64,000 nt of DNA from Candidatus Thorarchaeota archaeon (GTDB lineage: Archaea > Asgardarchaeota > Thorarchaeia > Thorarchaeales > Thorarchaeaceae). Below are positions 1 through 9,807 of the stretch, in pieces. The stretch lies in NCBI GenBank assembly GCA_048882485.1, contig JBHLRP010000003.1:96001-160000 (forward strand), written 5' to 3'. The notes beneath the pieces were generated by a model. That model was not told where the DNA came from, made no database searches, and was given only the letters and a program-made list of their open reading frames with translations. Position numbers and translations under genes: made by a program. Within the stretch, counting starts at the first letter, position 1; each line of letters begins with the position of its first letter.

Positions 1-398
1 CGTGAGTGAACCTGAATCGGAAGTGCGAGCTTCTTGGAAAGTGCAATCAAGCTTCTGAAGCAGGACTCCTGGAGGTTTCGTTCTTTGTGGTCTCGAATCA
101 AGTAATGGTCAAGACCAGTTTCACCAATAGCTATTATTCTCTCATTATTTGATCTAATCCAATCAACTGCGATTTCACAATCATGGTATTGTGATACTTC
201 AAGACCCACAGCTGCATACACGTTTGAGTATGCTTCAGAAATAGCACACCCCTTTTCCCAGAGATGCTTTTCTATAGCAGATGTTATGATACTTACACCA
301 AGGACTCTTGCTTTTTCAATCACAGACTGCCGATCCAAGTCAAAATCTTCCAACTCAAGATGGCAGTGAGTGTCAATCAATCTTGAAGGTTCTTTCAT
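1..398 (-). CDS. tatD: TatD family hydrolase/DNase (N-terminal part, runs off window edge)
   Basis: Not in ORF track. Manual translation from ATG 398: MKEPSRLIDTHCHL...AIGETGLDHY...LPIQVHSR, canonical TatD motifs. Confidence 0.92.
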   Translation of the reverse strand, partial: MKEPSRLIDTHCHLELEDFDLDRQSVIEKARVLGVSIITSAIEKHLWEKGCAISEAYSNVYAAVGLEVSQYHDCEIAVDWIRSNNERIIAIGETGLDHYLIRDHKERNLQESCFRSLIALSKKLALPIQVHS

Positions 399-505
399 TT
401 CAAACACAACCTCTGCCAACTGCTGGTCTGTTCTTCAGCTTAGTAATGTTATTTCCTTTGGAAGAATCTCAAATCTGTGCATTAGGCTTAGAGATACAGT
501 CAACT

Positions 506-1297
506 TCAGCACTTGAAACACACGAGATTTTTGTCAAGCCCATAGAAATCGAAACCGTCCAGGAGATCAAAGAATTCGTTGATATCATTGCCTGAACCAA
601 TAATATGCTCAGGAACAAACTCTACAATTATTCGAATATCTGGGTTCTCCGAAATGGTTCTCTTCATGCCCTTCAATACAGACAGCTCAGAACCTTCCAC
701 ATCTATCTTCACCCAATCTACCCTCTCAAGATTCAGGTTGTCTAATCTAACGGTTTCAACTTCTGTGATTCTCTTGATGTTTCTGGAAGGGGTCAATCCG
801 GATCTACTGAGATGACTATTCAAGAAGAATCTCTGCTGCCCATTATGGTCAGAAATTGCTCGGCTATCCAGATTGACGTTTTCGTAGCCATTCAGACGTA
901 CGTTTTCTTCGAGAAAAGGAAACATACGTTCATCGGGCTCAAATGCGAAGACCTTTCCTGAAGCACCAACCAATCTTGCGAAAAGAAGAGTGAAGTAGCC
1001 TACATTAGCACCAATGTCTACTGCAATGCATCCTGGCGTTACATTTGCCCTGAGGTACGCAGTCGTTTCAGGTTCGTGGATTCCGTTATAGTATAAACTA
1101 GGGAGGTGGGTTTTGTCTATTATCATGGTATGTCCTTGGACTTCAATCTTAATCAGTCTAGATGAAGGCAATAACCTTCGAAGGACCGCCTTTCTCAGTC
1201 TTTCCACAGTTTGCAGCCCCCATGCGGGTTCTAGGCAGCATCTGGAAAAGTTGTGACCCGGTCTATTGAACTTATTGCTGCCTCTGTATCTATTCAC
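506..1297 (-). CDS. FkbM family methyltransferase
   Basis: HEPET, VDIGANVGYFT, FAFEPD, VKIDVEGSE motifs. True start probably ~30 codons downstream. Confidence 0.92.
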   Translation of the reverse strand: MNRYRGSNKFNRPGHNFSRCCLEPAWGLQTVERLRKAVLRRLLPSSRLIKIEVQGHTMIIDKTHLPSLYYNGIHEPETTAYLRANVTPGCIAVDIGANVGYFTLLFARLVGASGKVFAFEPDERMFPFLEENVRLNGYENVNLDSRAISDHNGQQRFFLNSHLSRSGLTPSRNIKRITEVETVRLDNLNLERVDWVKIDVEGSELSVLKGMKRTISENPDIRIIVEFVPEHIIGSGNDINEFFDLLDGFDFYGLDKNLVCFKC

Positions 1298-1626
1298 AGC
1301 TTATAAACTGAGAATACAGGCTCTTCGATGCTATTCCATCCCTGGCTAATATGGCACTTGGTACATTCCTATTCCATAAGAGAGAAGCGAATGACCTGAA
1401 TTTTCACCTAGCATTGATGAAGGGTGTCTTCAGATTCTTATTTATTGCCGAAATCTAGGAACTAGTCTTGGGACAAAATAGAAACCACAATATCCTAAAG
1501 AGAAAGAAGAAATTGCAGTTCATCATGTTTATAGGAACAGTGAATGAATCCTTTTGGACGTGCAAGCATTGCTGATTCTATGAAATAATGAGTTGGTACC
1601 ATACAGCAAATCGGAGTTGAATAATC

Positions 1627-2361
1627 TTGCCCAAATTGCCGTACTTCCTATGGAAGAGATTGGATGAGTTTTTGAAACAAGGCATCTTATCAAATGGCGG
1701 TTTCGTGAGAAGGAAGGTTATGGGGCACGACATGATTCTTGATGTTCGTGTTGGTCATGGTTGGATGCTATCAAAAGGAGATCAGTATGAGCCACAGACA
1801 ACCGAGTATATTAAGGACTCCGTAAGGGAGGGAAGTGTAGTGGTGGACGTTGGTGCCAGTCTGGGATATTACACTCTCCTACTGGCACGACTTGTAGGTC
1901 CAAGCGGTCGCGTTTACGCGTTTGAACCAATTCCTCGCGACTTTGCTATTCTCAAGAGAAATGTCCGCGCAAATGGCTATCGGAACGTAGTCTTGGAAAA
2001 CAAGGCAGTATCAGATATGGAAGGAATGGCTAGGTTCTACATATCTCCGGCGAGCTATGGCATGAGTAGTCTATGCCCTATGACAAATCCAGAGAGTATT
2101 ATTAACGTCGAAGTAGTGAGTCTTGATAGCTATATTCAGGAAGATGTTGATCTTATCAAAGTGGATGTGGAAGGAGCAGAAAGCCTTGTTGTTAAGGGGA
2201 GCAGGAGATTAATACAGAATAGCTCACATCCTCGCTTAGTCATAGAGTTCGCCCCTGAGCGAAAAGGTTTCGATGCAGATCAGTTATTTGCAGAATTGGA
2301 AGGATGGAATTACAGACAGCTAGATTGCAACCTGCTGTTCTGGAAAGATAATATCGTGTAA
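1627..2361 (+). CDS. FkbM family methyltransferase (paralog of 506..1297)
   Basis: YEPQT, VDVGASLGYYT, YAFEP, IKVDVEGAE motifs. Confidence 0.92.
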   Translation: MPKLPYFLWKRLDEFLKQGILSNGGFVRRKVMGHDMILDVRVGHGWMLSKGDQYEPQTTEYIKDSVREGSVVVDVGASLGYYTLLLARLVGPSGRVYAFEPIPRDFAILKRNVRANGYRNVVLENKAVSDMEGMARFYISPASYGMSSLCPMTNPESIINVEVVSLDSYIQEDVDLIKVDVEGAESLVVKGSRRLIQNSSHPRLVIEFAPERKGFDADQLFAELEGWNYRQLDCNLLFWKDNIV

Positions 2362-2807
2362 CATTGTCATTCCTAGTGTAATCTCTTCGAATGTTATGCA
2401 TGGTTTTGCGTTTATGTTCCTTCTACTCCCCAGAGGTCCATTTGGATCTTCATGGATTTGTAAACTCAGTGGTTTACGATTTGATTTTGTAGAAGTGCTC
2501 TTCTCGTGAATAGCTTGCTACTGCTATTCAGTTATGCTGTGGTTGCGATGATTGTAAACAGGAATCTTCTAGGTATTTTAAGCTTCTACACATTCATTGA
2601 TAGTGGCCTTTTAGATTGAGATTCCATTGATTTTTCGGAGAGGTTTTTCAATCTACATTATCTTGGTGTGTCTGTGAAGGCTAACACAATGTATATGGAT
2701 GAAGTGTACTTCCTTGGCTATCAGACAAGATACTATTTCGCAAACACCTTTGAAGTGAACAGGGCGCTCAATTAGCAATGTGAATCGGCATATATCCTGA
2801 AAGAAAT

Positions 2808-3470
2808 CTATGTTTTTGTCCAATATACTATTAGTGAATGCGCTCTCGGGAACCAATTCCATGCATAGGGATGACGCTTAATAATTCTGTAGACTATACG
2901 GACTAGTGCCTTTCCGAGCTGTTCATTTTTCTCTCTAATTGGTGATCCCACTTTCAAGACCCTGCTCTTCAGTCCGGGAAGAAAGTGTTCTAGCACCTTC
3001 TTTGTAATTCCAAATGTCACATGCGCCTGGAAATACTCACCACCCGTTTGACTATGGTAGTAGTTGATATAGTCCTCCAATCGCTCATTATGAGGCGTCG
3101 TTATGAATACTTTCCCTCCAAGCTTCAGCGATTTCTTCATAAGAATGAAGGCTTTCGGCCAATCCCTAAAAGGGATATGTTCCAATACTTCCGATGCGAT
3201 AATTGCATCAAACTTGTTTTCAGATTTCATATCCAAGAAATTCATCTGGACTACTCTGAGAGGGGCATCCTCTATCGGCGCAATGTCTATTCCTAAATAG
3301 CGACCCTGCTCATTGGCTTCTCGAAATTTCGTGCCATGCCTGGATTCCAGTTGCATCTTTCCTGTTCTAGCACCAACCTCAAGAATATATCCGTTGAAAT
3401 AATCATCTGGAATCATGTTATACCGTGCTACTGCATAATCTTTTGCCCATGCATAAGGCATAGTGATCAC
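2808..3470 (-). CDS. Class I SAM-dependent methyltransferase
   Basis: ILEVGARTG, GIDI, FDAIIASEVLEHI, LKLGGKVFITTP. Confidence 0.88.
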   Translation of the reverse strand: MITMPYAWAKDYAVARYNMIPDDYFNGYILEVGARTGKMQLESRHGTKFREANEQGRYLGIDIAPIEDAPLRVVQMNFLDMKSENKFDAIIASEVLEHIPFRDWPKAFILMKKSLKLGGKVFITTPHNERLEDYINYYHSQTGGEYFQAHVTFGITKKVLEHFLPGLKSRVLKVGSPIREKNEQLGKALVRIVYRIIKRHPYAWNWFPRAHSLIVYWTKT

Positions 3471-3502
3471 TATGCTGAGCTTCTTGCTCCGGCTATTTAT
3501 TA

Positions 3503-4345
3503 TTAGCTAGGTTTTCCGAGGTCTTCCCATTCAGACCATCTACCATTCCACCATTTATGAACTAGCGTATATGCAGAACCTAATGCAAAGATATCAAGAC
3601 GATTCTCTGACCATGTTGATACAGTTGGTGCGGATGTAAGGGAACCACCAAGATTTTCCCATTGAGACCACTGGCCACTCCACCACTTATGCCAGAGCGC
3701 ATTATCTGTACCTCTTGCAAACACATCGATCCGGTTATTTCCCCATGAAACCGCACCAGGGGCAGATGTCAGTATGCCTTCGAGGGTTTCCCAGCGGGAC
3801 CATTGACCGTTCCACCACTTGTGCCAGAGCGCGTTATCTGTACCTCTTGCAAAGATATCAAGACGATTCTCTGACCATGTTGACGCAGTTGGTGCGGATG
3901 TTAGGATGCCTTCAAGGTCCTCCCACTGAGACCACTGGCCATTCCACCACTTGTGCCAGAGCGCGCTATTTGTGCCTCTTGCAAACACATCGATCCGGTT
4001 ATTTCCCCATGAAACCGCACCAGGGGCAGATGTCAGTATGCCTTCGAGGGTTTCCCAGCGGGACCATTGACCGTTCCACCACTTGTGCCAGAGTGCGCTA
4101 TCTGGGCCTCTTGCAAAGATATCAAGACGATTCTCTGACCATGTTGACACAGTTGGTGCGGATGTAAGGGAACCACCAAGATTTTCCCAGTGAGACCACT
4201 GGCCATTCCACCATTTGTGCCAGAGAGCATCGAGAGGTCCTTTGATGAACACATCGATTCGATTATTTCCCCAAGAAACCGCTGCAGGTGCGGGTTGAAT
4301 TTCTTGCATTTTGATATCACCATCAGCATGAACCTTCTTCAACAA
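3503..4345 (-). CDS. Six-bladed Trp-rich beta-propeller lectin-like protein (PLL/fucose-lectin-type repeats)
   Basis: Six 44-aa repeats SAPxxxxWxxNRxDxFARGxDxALWHKWWNGQWSxWExLxGxLT. Likely start at MQEIQP. Confidence 0.8.
   Translation of the reverse strand: MLKKVHADGDIKMQEIQPAPAAVSWGNNRIDVFIKGPLDALWHKWWNGQWSHWENLGGSLTSAPTVSTWSENRLDIFARGPDSALWHKWWNGQWSRWETLEGILTSAPGAVSWGNNRIDVFARGTNSALWHKWWNGQWSQWEDLEGILTSAPTASTWSENRLDIFARGTDNALWHKWWNGQWSRWETLEGILTSAPGAVSWGNNRIDVFARGTDNALWHKWWSGQWSQWENLGGSLTSAPTVSTWSENRLDIFALGSAYTLVHKWWNGRWSEWEDLGKPS
3520..4290. repeat. Near-identical intragenic tandem repeat, 264-bp unit x3 (each unit two 132-bp subunits)
   Basis: gatatcaagacgattctctgaccatgttga recurs at 3590, 3854 and 4118 (period 264). 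Boundaries approximate. Confidence 0.95.
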
Positions 4346-4808
4346 CTAATATGATAGTAAGTAGGATGTATAACACGACTATAGGTTCAATAAGTCGCCT
4401 ATATTTTACGCCATGAGAATATTCTTTTCACGCTTCAGGAATCCAATTTCTCTCGTTTCGCCAATTGCTATTATGTGCTCCTGATTTTTCTTCTGACAGA
4501 AGATTTACATTTTCTCACTATGAATTTCAGAACTCAGAACCCATTCGATGGTTGAACCCTGCAATATGTCACCTCCACTCTACCACGTCATTGCCTATGA
4601 CAATGTCTAGATGAATATAGCATAAAATGGTTGAATTTCATCGATTCGTTCAGAAGTTGTTTTATAGCCTGTGGCAATTGACACAACTGAAGGAAACATG
4701 TGCATGAAGTTTGATGAATATTCAACCCTCCAACTCATGACATATTTCTTGAAAACCATTGAATTGCTTGATGAACAGAAAATTCTAGACTCTGGAGGTG
4801 TAAAGTAG

Positions 4809-5639
4809 ATGTTGGAATTCATCCAAGGCAAGCAAACCGTCAGACTCTCAAATAGTATTCAATTGGACCTTCTAATCAAGGGACAAGGGAATCCTGTATT
4901 ATGGTTACATTCAGGTTTTCGAGGAAGAATAGGACTTGGGAACCTAGTTACTGCTGTCGAAAAGAAACTCAAACAAGAAAATAATGCGTGGCTCCATATA
5001 ATTCCCAATCTCCCCGGATTTGGTGAAAGCACTCCTGGACCTTCAGGGAACACCAATCCTTATGAGTTGACAGACGCAATTGAAGAATTAATCTGTCTTC
5101 TTAATTACCCCTCAATAGATGTCATCGGATATAGTTTAGGAGCGAATATTGCATCTATACTTGCAAATAGAAATCCAGAGAAAATCCACCGAGTTGTCCT
5201 TCTGGGTACTGCAATAGAAGGATCGAATCTTGATATCTACAGACGAATGCTAGATATGCATAATGACCAAAATTGGGAAGGTCTTGTCAACGAAATAGCG
5301 CAAAACTTGGTTGGAAAGAAGAATAGGTCACAATATGCTAGGATGATGCCATTAGTCAAGAAGCAAGTGTCTTCGAAGAGATTCTCTCAGGATTTAACTC
5401 GTATTCTCTCGTCTGGAGTTCGTCTGGATGTCTTTAAGGAAATCGAGAGCATCACTCATCCCATGTTAATGATTTCAGGCAAAGAAGATCCATTTGTACC
5501 AAGACCAGGCCGTATAGAAATGTTGAAACAAAAAGATAACATCAAACTTGTTCTTCTCGATGGAATTGGACACAATGAGTTAGTATTTCCAAGACAGATA
5601 GATTTGTCAGATCAGATTATAGATTTTCTTCAAAACTAA
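4809..5639 (+). CDS. Alpha/beta-fold Ser hydrolase (possible thioesterase)
   Basis: LPGFGES, GYSLG nucleophile elbow, GKEDPFVP (Asp), GHNE (His). Confidence 0.88.
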   Translation: MLEFIQGKQTVRLSNSIQLDLLIKGQGNPVLWLHSGFRGRIGLGNLVTAVEKKLKQENNAWLHIIPNLPGFGESTPGPSGNTNPYELTDAIEELICLLNYPSIDVIGYSLGANIASILANRNPEKIHRVVLLGTAIEGSNLDIYRRMLDMHNDQNWEGLVNEIAQNLVGKKNRSQYARMMPLVKKQVSSKRFSQDLTRILSSGVRLDVFKEIESITHPMLMISGKEDPFVPRPGRIEMLKQKDNIKLVLLDGIGHNELVFPRQIDLSDQIIDFLQN

Positions 5640-6403
5640 GCTACAATAGTAAGGATGTAGTTTCCTGCATGTGCAAAAAAGACTGGTTTCTGATTCTGGA
5701 TATTATCCGACGAGTGTACTACTATATTATCATTCTCAATGCTCAATTTGTATTCGAGTGGTGATTTAGAACTGATGGAAGAGAAAGCTTTGAATCCAGC
5801 TTCTAATGCCGACCAAATTACAATTTCAGAATTCATCAAATTAAGACTGGGGATAGATTTTGAGAGTAACTCAGTGAATAAACGGATCTCCTCGTGTGAG
5901 TGAATTTTAGAAATCCTTCTAGCAACTCCATTGTGTCTCGCTAATCTTTCACAATCCACGCCAATAATTCCATTTCTTCTGCATGCAGCTACGACATACC
6001 CATCTTTATGGCTAATTGATATTGCTCCATTGAACTTGATTTTTGAATCATTGAGATTGAAAAATGGTTTTCCATGTTTCTCATTCTCAATACTGAAGCT
6101 TTGAAAGTCAATCTGGTCCTGATTGATGATATCGAAAAGGCTTCGCTTTGCTAATACTCTTCCAACATAGAATTGCTTTCTTGTGTTTGGTTGATTGAGT
6201 TTCATTAATCTCCTAATTTCAGATGCAGAAAGATGATCCCGTATCATTGAATCAGCTAATGTGATATTATTGAATCGTGAGCCATGAATTGAAATCCCAG
6301 TACTCGTATGCAGTAGTTGCGTTTGATTATCAATTAGGATTTGATTTTCAATCAGTCTATAGAAAGATTCCTTTAGAATCTCATATTCAGTTTCAGTCAT
6401 CAT
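5636..6403 (-). CDS. 4'-phosphopantetheinyl transferase, Sfp-type
   Basis: GRVLAKRSL, HGKP, ISISHK, IGVDCE, WSALEAGFKA. Confidence 0.88.
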   Translation of the reverse strand: MMTETEYEILKESFYRLIENQILIDNQTQLLHTSTGISIHGSRFNNITLADSMIRDHLSASEIRRLMKLNQPNTRKQFYVGRVLAKRSLFDIINQDQIDFQSFSIENEKHGKPFFNLNDSKIKFNGAISISHKDGYVVAACRRNGIIGVDCERLARHNGVARRISKIHSHEEIRLFTELLSKSIPSLNLMNSEIVIWSALEAGFKAFSSISSKSPLEYKLSIENDNIVVHSSDNIQNQKPVFFAHAGNYILTIVA

Positions 6404-6411
6404 TTGCTAAG

Positions 6412-7482
6412 TTATGCTCCTACAAAGCTGCCTCTCAATTTGCTCGCTACAATTTCTGGAGGTATAACAACGACCTCAGTGTTAAGCAGATGTTGGAAAA
6501 AAAATTCTCCTGCTCGATACCCCCTTGTGAAATTCTGTCTCGTCGCTAACCTGATAAAACATCTATTGGATTTCTCTTGGTCGGTCAAGTCGCCAAGTTC
6601 TAGACTAAAATTGAAAGAAGAATAACCATCATTGCCATAGTACTCTAAAACATTGGATACTCCTTGGGCTAGAGAAGTGATAACCTCATCAGGCGTATCC
6701 TTGAATTTGCCACTTGGAAGAAGTCCAAAAACCTCATTTGTGCAGGTTGGTGAGAATGGAGTAAACCAGTGGGTAGACTCGAGCTGCCCAACATAGCGTA
6801 CTCCTAATTCCTTTTCCAATTCAATAAGGTCATCCCAATATTCATGACCATACTTCTCGCTGTACTCGAGCAATGCGTCCTGAGTCTTTCTAGAATAATT
6901 CGTTGGCTGAGAGGAGGCTATTAATTGTAGATGCGCATGTACAGCACTTGCACCTGCTGGCGGCATATAATTACAATTGAGTGATCCGAAGAGATTTTCA
7001 TCAGGCGGAAGATGGGAAACGAACTCCCTCGCCGCGAGAAATGCATCTCTTAGCATTGATGGGGCAAACTCCTGTGGTTTTAGAAAGTGTTTCTTAGATA
7101 ATACTATAATAGCATGAAATTTCGATAAAGGGAAAAGGTTTGGAAAAAGCACCGATTCACCAACTGTGATTCTTCCTTCTGGGAGGATTTCCTCAGGAAA
7201 CTTCGGTGTCGCCGTATGGACTTTTTCAGGGCAAAAGAAACACTTCTCACTGTTTTCGTTGACAAAAGCATTTAGAAATTCATCATCTGTACTCTCTATG
7301 AGAGTTTCGAGTTTGTCTACAAGCCTGAGTCCAATAATACTCATGTTTCCAGTGAGTGGATCTTTTCGAATTTCAATATCTTGAATATCCATTTCAAAAT
7401 CCATAAGAGGGCTGTGCAGTTTTGCTGATTCGCTGAATCTCTCCATTTTTATCCTGCTTGATACACCCGCCACAACTATCAC
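6412..7482 (-). CDS. galT: GalT-like hexose-1-phosphate nucleotidyltransferase (HIT superfamily)
   Basis: IRKDPLTG, CFFCPE, FPNLFP, GASAVHAHLQ (HxHxQ). Confidence 0.85.
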   Translation of the reverse strand: MIVVAGVSSRIKMERFSESAKLHSPLMDFEMDIQDIEIRKDPLTGNMSIIGLRLVDKLETLIESTDDEFLNAFVNENSEKCFFCPEKVHTATPKFPEEILPEGRITVGESVLFPNLFPLSKFHAIIVLSKKHFLKPQEFAPSMLRDAFLAAREFVSHLPPDENLFGSLNCNYMPPAGASAVHAHLQLIASSQPTNYSRKTQDALLEYSEKYGHEYWDDLIELEKELGVRYVGQLESTHWFTPFSPTCTNEVFGLLPSGKFKDTPDEVITSLAQGVSNVLEYYGNDGYSSFNFSLELGDLTDQEKSNRCFIRLATRQNFTRGYRAGEFFFQHLLNTEVVVIPPEIVASKLRGSFVGA

Positions 7483-8456
7483 TCATTTCTTTTTTTCAAT
7501 TTAGCGGCTTTTGTACCGAATCGCTTAGCATGGTCTTTGACCACTAGTCTCCATGCTAGATTTGGCATTGCATAAAATCCAGATACAGTTTCGTTATCAG
7601 GTACATCCCTTACTACAACCGCATTGATTAATACACTTGAATTGTCACCAAGTGTAAGTCCATTAGAAACTGTGGCTCCAATCCCAATCCAACAATTCTC
7701 ACCAATTTCAGTGCTTCCCCCAATGCACGATGAAGCCGCAAGCTGGGTGTTTGTTTTGATATGTACATTGTGACCAATGTGAACCATGTTGTCAATCTTC
7801 ACACGGTCCTCCAAAATCGTATCACCAAAGGTTCCTCTATCAACACAAGAGCTATTTCCAAATTCTACATCATCACCAAATCGAACGCCGCCTATATGTA
7901 TCAGACGATGAATCCTGTTCTGAGCATCTCTCATTATGCGATATCCATCTCCACCAATACTTGCGTTGGCATCTATGATATTCCTTCTACCAATCTTGAC
8001 CCTGTCATAAATTGCAGTATTAGAGAATACTTCGCTATCATCACCAATGGTAACATCACTACCAACGACAACATAAGGGTGGATTTTTACTCGGTTTCCC
8101 AGATTCACATTTTTGCCAAATCGTGCTGTGGACTCTATCTCGCAACCTTTTCCCATTGTTGGCTTCGAATCATCTGGAGTGAAGGATTTTACATCTTTAT
8201 GAAACTCGTTATGTATCTCTAAAAATGCAATAAGTGGGTTTTCTACTTCGATGTATGTATTCCCCTCAATCTTAGAAACACGATCAAAGAATTTAGGTTC
8301 GACAAGTATGTAAGCTCCCTTGTTCGGAGAGATGTGTTTCAGAAATTGCATCTGATTGATGTAAGCGATATGCTTCTCTACTAGGCTCTGGATTGCACAC
8401 GTACTTGCAGCATCTTGAGGAATTCCATATTTTTTTAGGATATCACTGATAGTCAT
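7479..8456 (-). CDS. lpxD: LpxD-like UDP-aminosugar N-acyltransferase (left-handed beta-helix)
   Basis: VENPLIAF, hexapeptide repeats, IGGDGY, HIGGVRFGDDVEFG, VDRGTFGDT, KIDNMVHIGHNV with the catalytic His position. Confidence 0.85.
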   Translation of the reverse strand: MTISDILKKYGIPQDAASTCAIQSLVEKHIAYINQMQFLKHISPNKGAYILVEPKFFDRVSKIEGNTYIEVENPLIAFLEIHNEFHKDVKSFTPDDSKPTMGKGCEIESTARFGKNVNLGNRVKIHPYVVVGSDVTIGDDSEVFSNTAIYDRVKIGRRNIIDANASIGGDGYRIMRDAQNRIHRLIHIGGVRFGDDVEFGNSSCVDRGTFGDTILEDRVKIDNMVHIGHNVHIKTNTQLAASSCIGGSTEIGENCWIGIGATVSNGLTLGDNSSVLINAVVVRDVPDNETVSGFYAMPNLAWRLVVKDHAKRFGTKAAKLKKRNE

Positions 8457-8518
8457 GATTGCTCGTTTTCATCAAAGGAACTCCTTCCTTTTGAATTATA
8501 CTTTGGATTGAGCTTCAT

Positions 8519-9709
8519 CTATTCAAGTATAGTCAGATTATTCCAGCATACGAGTCGATTCAGAAGTAGTATTCCATCCCATGGTGAGTCATAGATGTGC
8601 ATCTGTCCCGGGGGTACAACTCTCGCGACTCCTCGATACATGACCCCTTCCGCAAACGCTACTGATTTCTCATGATTAAGTATGCAGTTACCAATAGTCT
8701 GTACATTACGAGTGACGAGATTCATTGTATCAAGAACATCGTTAATTGGTTTTAGAAAGATGGTTCGTGATTGGACAGGTTCTTCCAAAGTAACTTCACT
8801 ATCTATTAGTATTGTCCAATCATTCTCTTTTGGAGCTAGAACGTCCTTTTGAAGATCAAGAGCATACTCTGCTCGCTTATTGATAATCATAGTGCCACGA
8901 CCTGGATCAAATTCGGTTTTTGGCATTATTCTGGAAAGACGTTCAAGCTCCTTCGATAGCAGCTCGGCAAAGTGCAGGATTCCCTTTTTATCAGTTTCAA
9001 CAAAAATAACATGTGGTGATGAGCATGCACTCTGCTCAAAGAGAATTGAATCAGTAGCCACGTTCCTAAGATATTTGGCTAAATTCTCCGACTTCAGTGC
9101 CTCTCTATCAAAAACTGCAAACGAGTACTTAGGTCCAAAAACAACATCCTCACAATGAGTTCTTTTGGGAAGACCAGTGATTGCCTCAACTGCTTCTTTC
9201 CCTCCCCAGACAACCCTCGCATCTGCGATCATTGATAGGTCTGTGTTTGCTTGTAAATCGGAGGAAGGAAAGTATACAATCGCCACAGAATTTAGCAAGT
9301 CCCTTCCCGTAACACCTTCAACTTCAATTGTAGCGAATAGCTGCAGAATTGGTAGGACAGTAAGAAGGCTATCTTGAGGTATTCTTAGAACATTCCCGTT
9401 CTTCGCAAGCATTGATTGAAAGAGCGAGAAGAGACTCAATGTCGGGATATTACCTGCTATCCAATGACTTACTAATCCTCTTGGAAATGCCCGAAGCTTC
9501 TTTCGACCGGTTCCACTGAATGAATCTAAATAGTTCTGACTCCCAAGATTAGTTTCGATAATCCTCTTGAGATTTTCACGGCGCAGCCAATTTGAGAGGA
9601 ATGCAATTCCTTCTATCCTCTTCACTTTCTCATCTCTAACAAGCGAACGACTGAATCTATGAAGAATATCTAAAATTGATGAAACTGGAGTTCTAAATAG
9701 ATCAACCAT
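8519..9709 (-). CDS. luxC: LuxC-family acyl-CoA/acyl-protein reductase
   Basis: PRGLVSHWIAGNIP, VWGGKEAV, FGPKYS, FEQSACSSPH (catalytic Cys), PWDG. Frame is open upstream to 9808. Confidence 0.9.
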   Translation of the reverse strand: MVDLFRTPVSSILDILHRFSRSLVRDEKVKRIEGIAFLSNWLRRENLKRIIETNLGSQNYLDSFSGTGRKKLRAFPRGLVSHWIAGNIPTLSLFSLFQSMLAKNGNVLRIPQDSLLTVLPILQLFATIEVEGVTGRDLLNSVAIVYFPSSDLQANTDLSMIADARVVWGGKEAVEAITGLPKRTHCEDVVFGPKYSFAVFDREALKSENLAKYLRNVATDSILFEQSACSSPHVIFVETDKKGILHFAELLSKELERLSRIMPKTEFDPGRGTMIINKRAEYALDLQKDVLAPKENDWTILIDSEVTLEEPVQSRTIFLKPINDVLDTMNLVTRNVQTIGNCILNHEKSVAFAEGVMYRGVARVVPPGQMHIYDSPWDGILLLNRLVCWNNLTILE

Positions 9710-9807
9710 CCCCTCACGGATTATGGTTTCTATCTCATTGAGATCATCAATCAGCAGTACGGGGTCATGGAACTCTCCATTACTAGTAAGTAGCTGAATC
9801 GATATAA

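Noticed and set aside
2362-2807. Gene remnant or RNA in a long intergenic gap
   Set aside because: No convincing frame, motif or structure found.
3520-4290. Possible CRISPR array or antisense repeat ORF 3715..4167
   Set aside because: The repeat has an in-frame 132/264-bp period with no unique spacers. The + strand ORF is a shadow of the lectin gene.
7479-8456. Lipid A biosynthesis or bacterial origin of the whole contig
   Set aside because: No lpxA/B/C/K, fabZ or bamA, and the remainder of the window is clearly archaeal.
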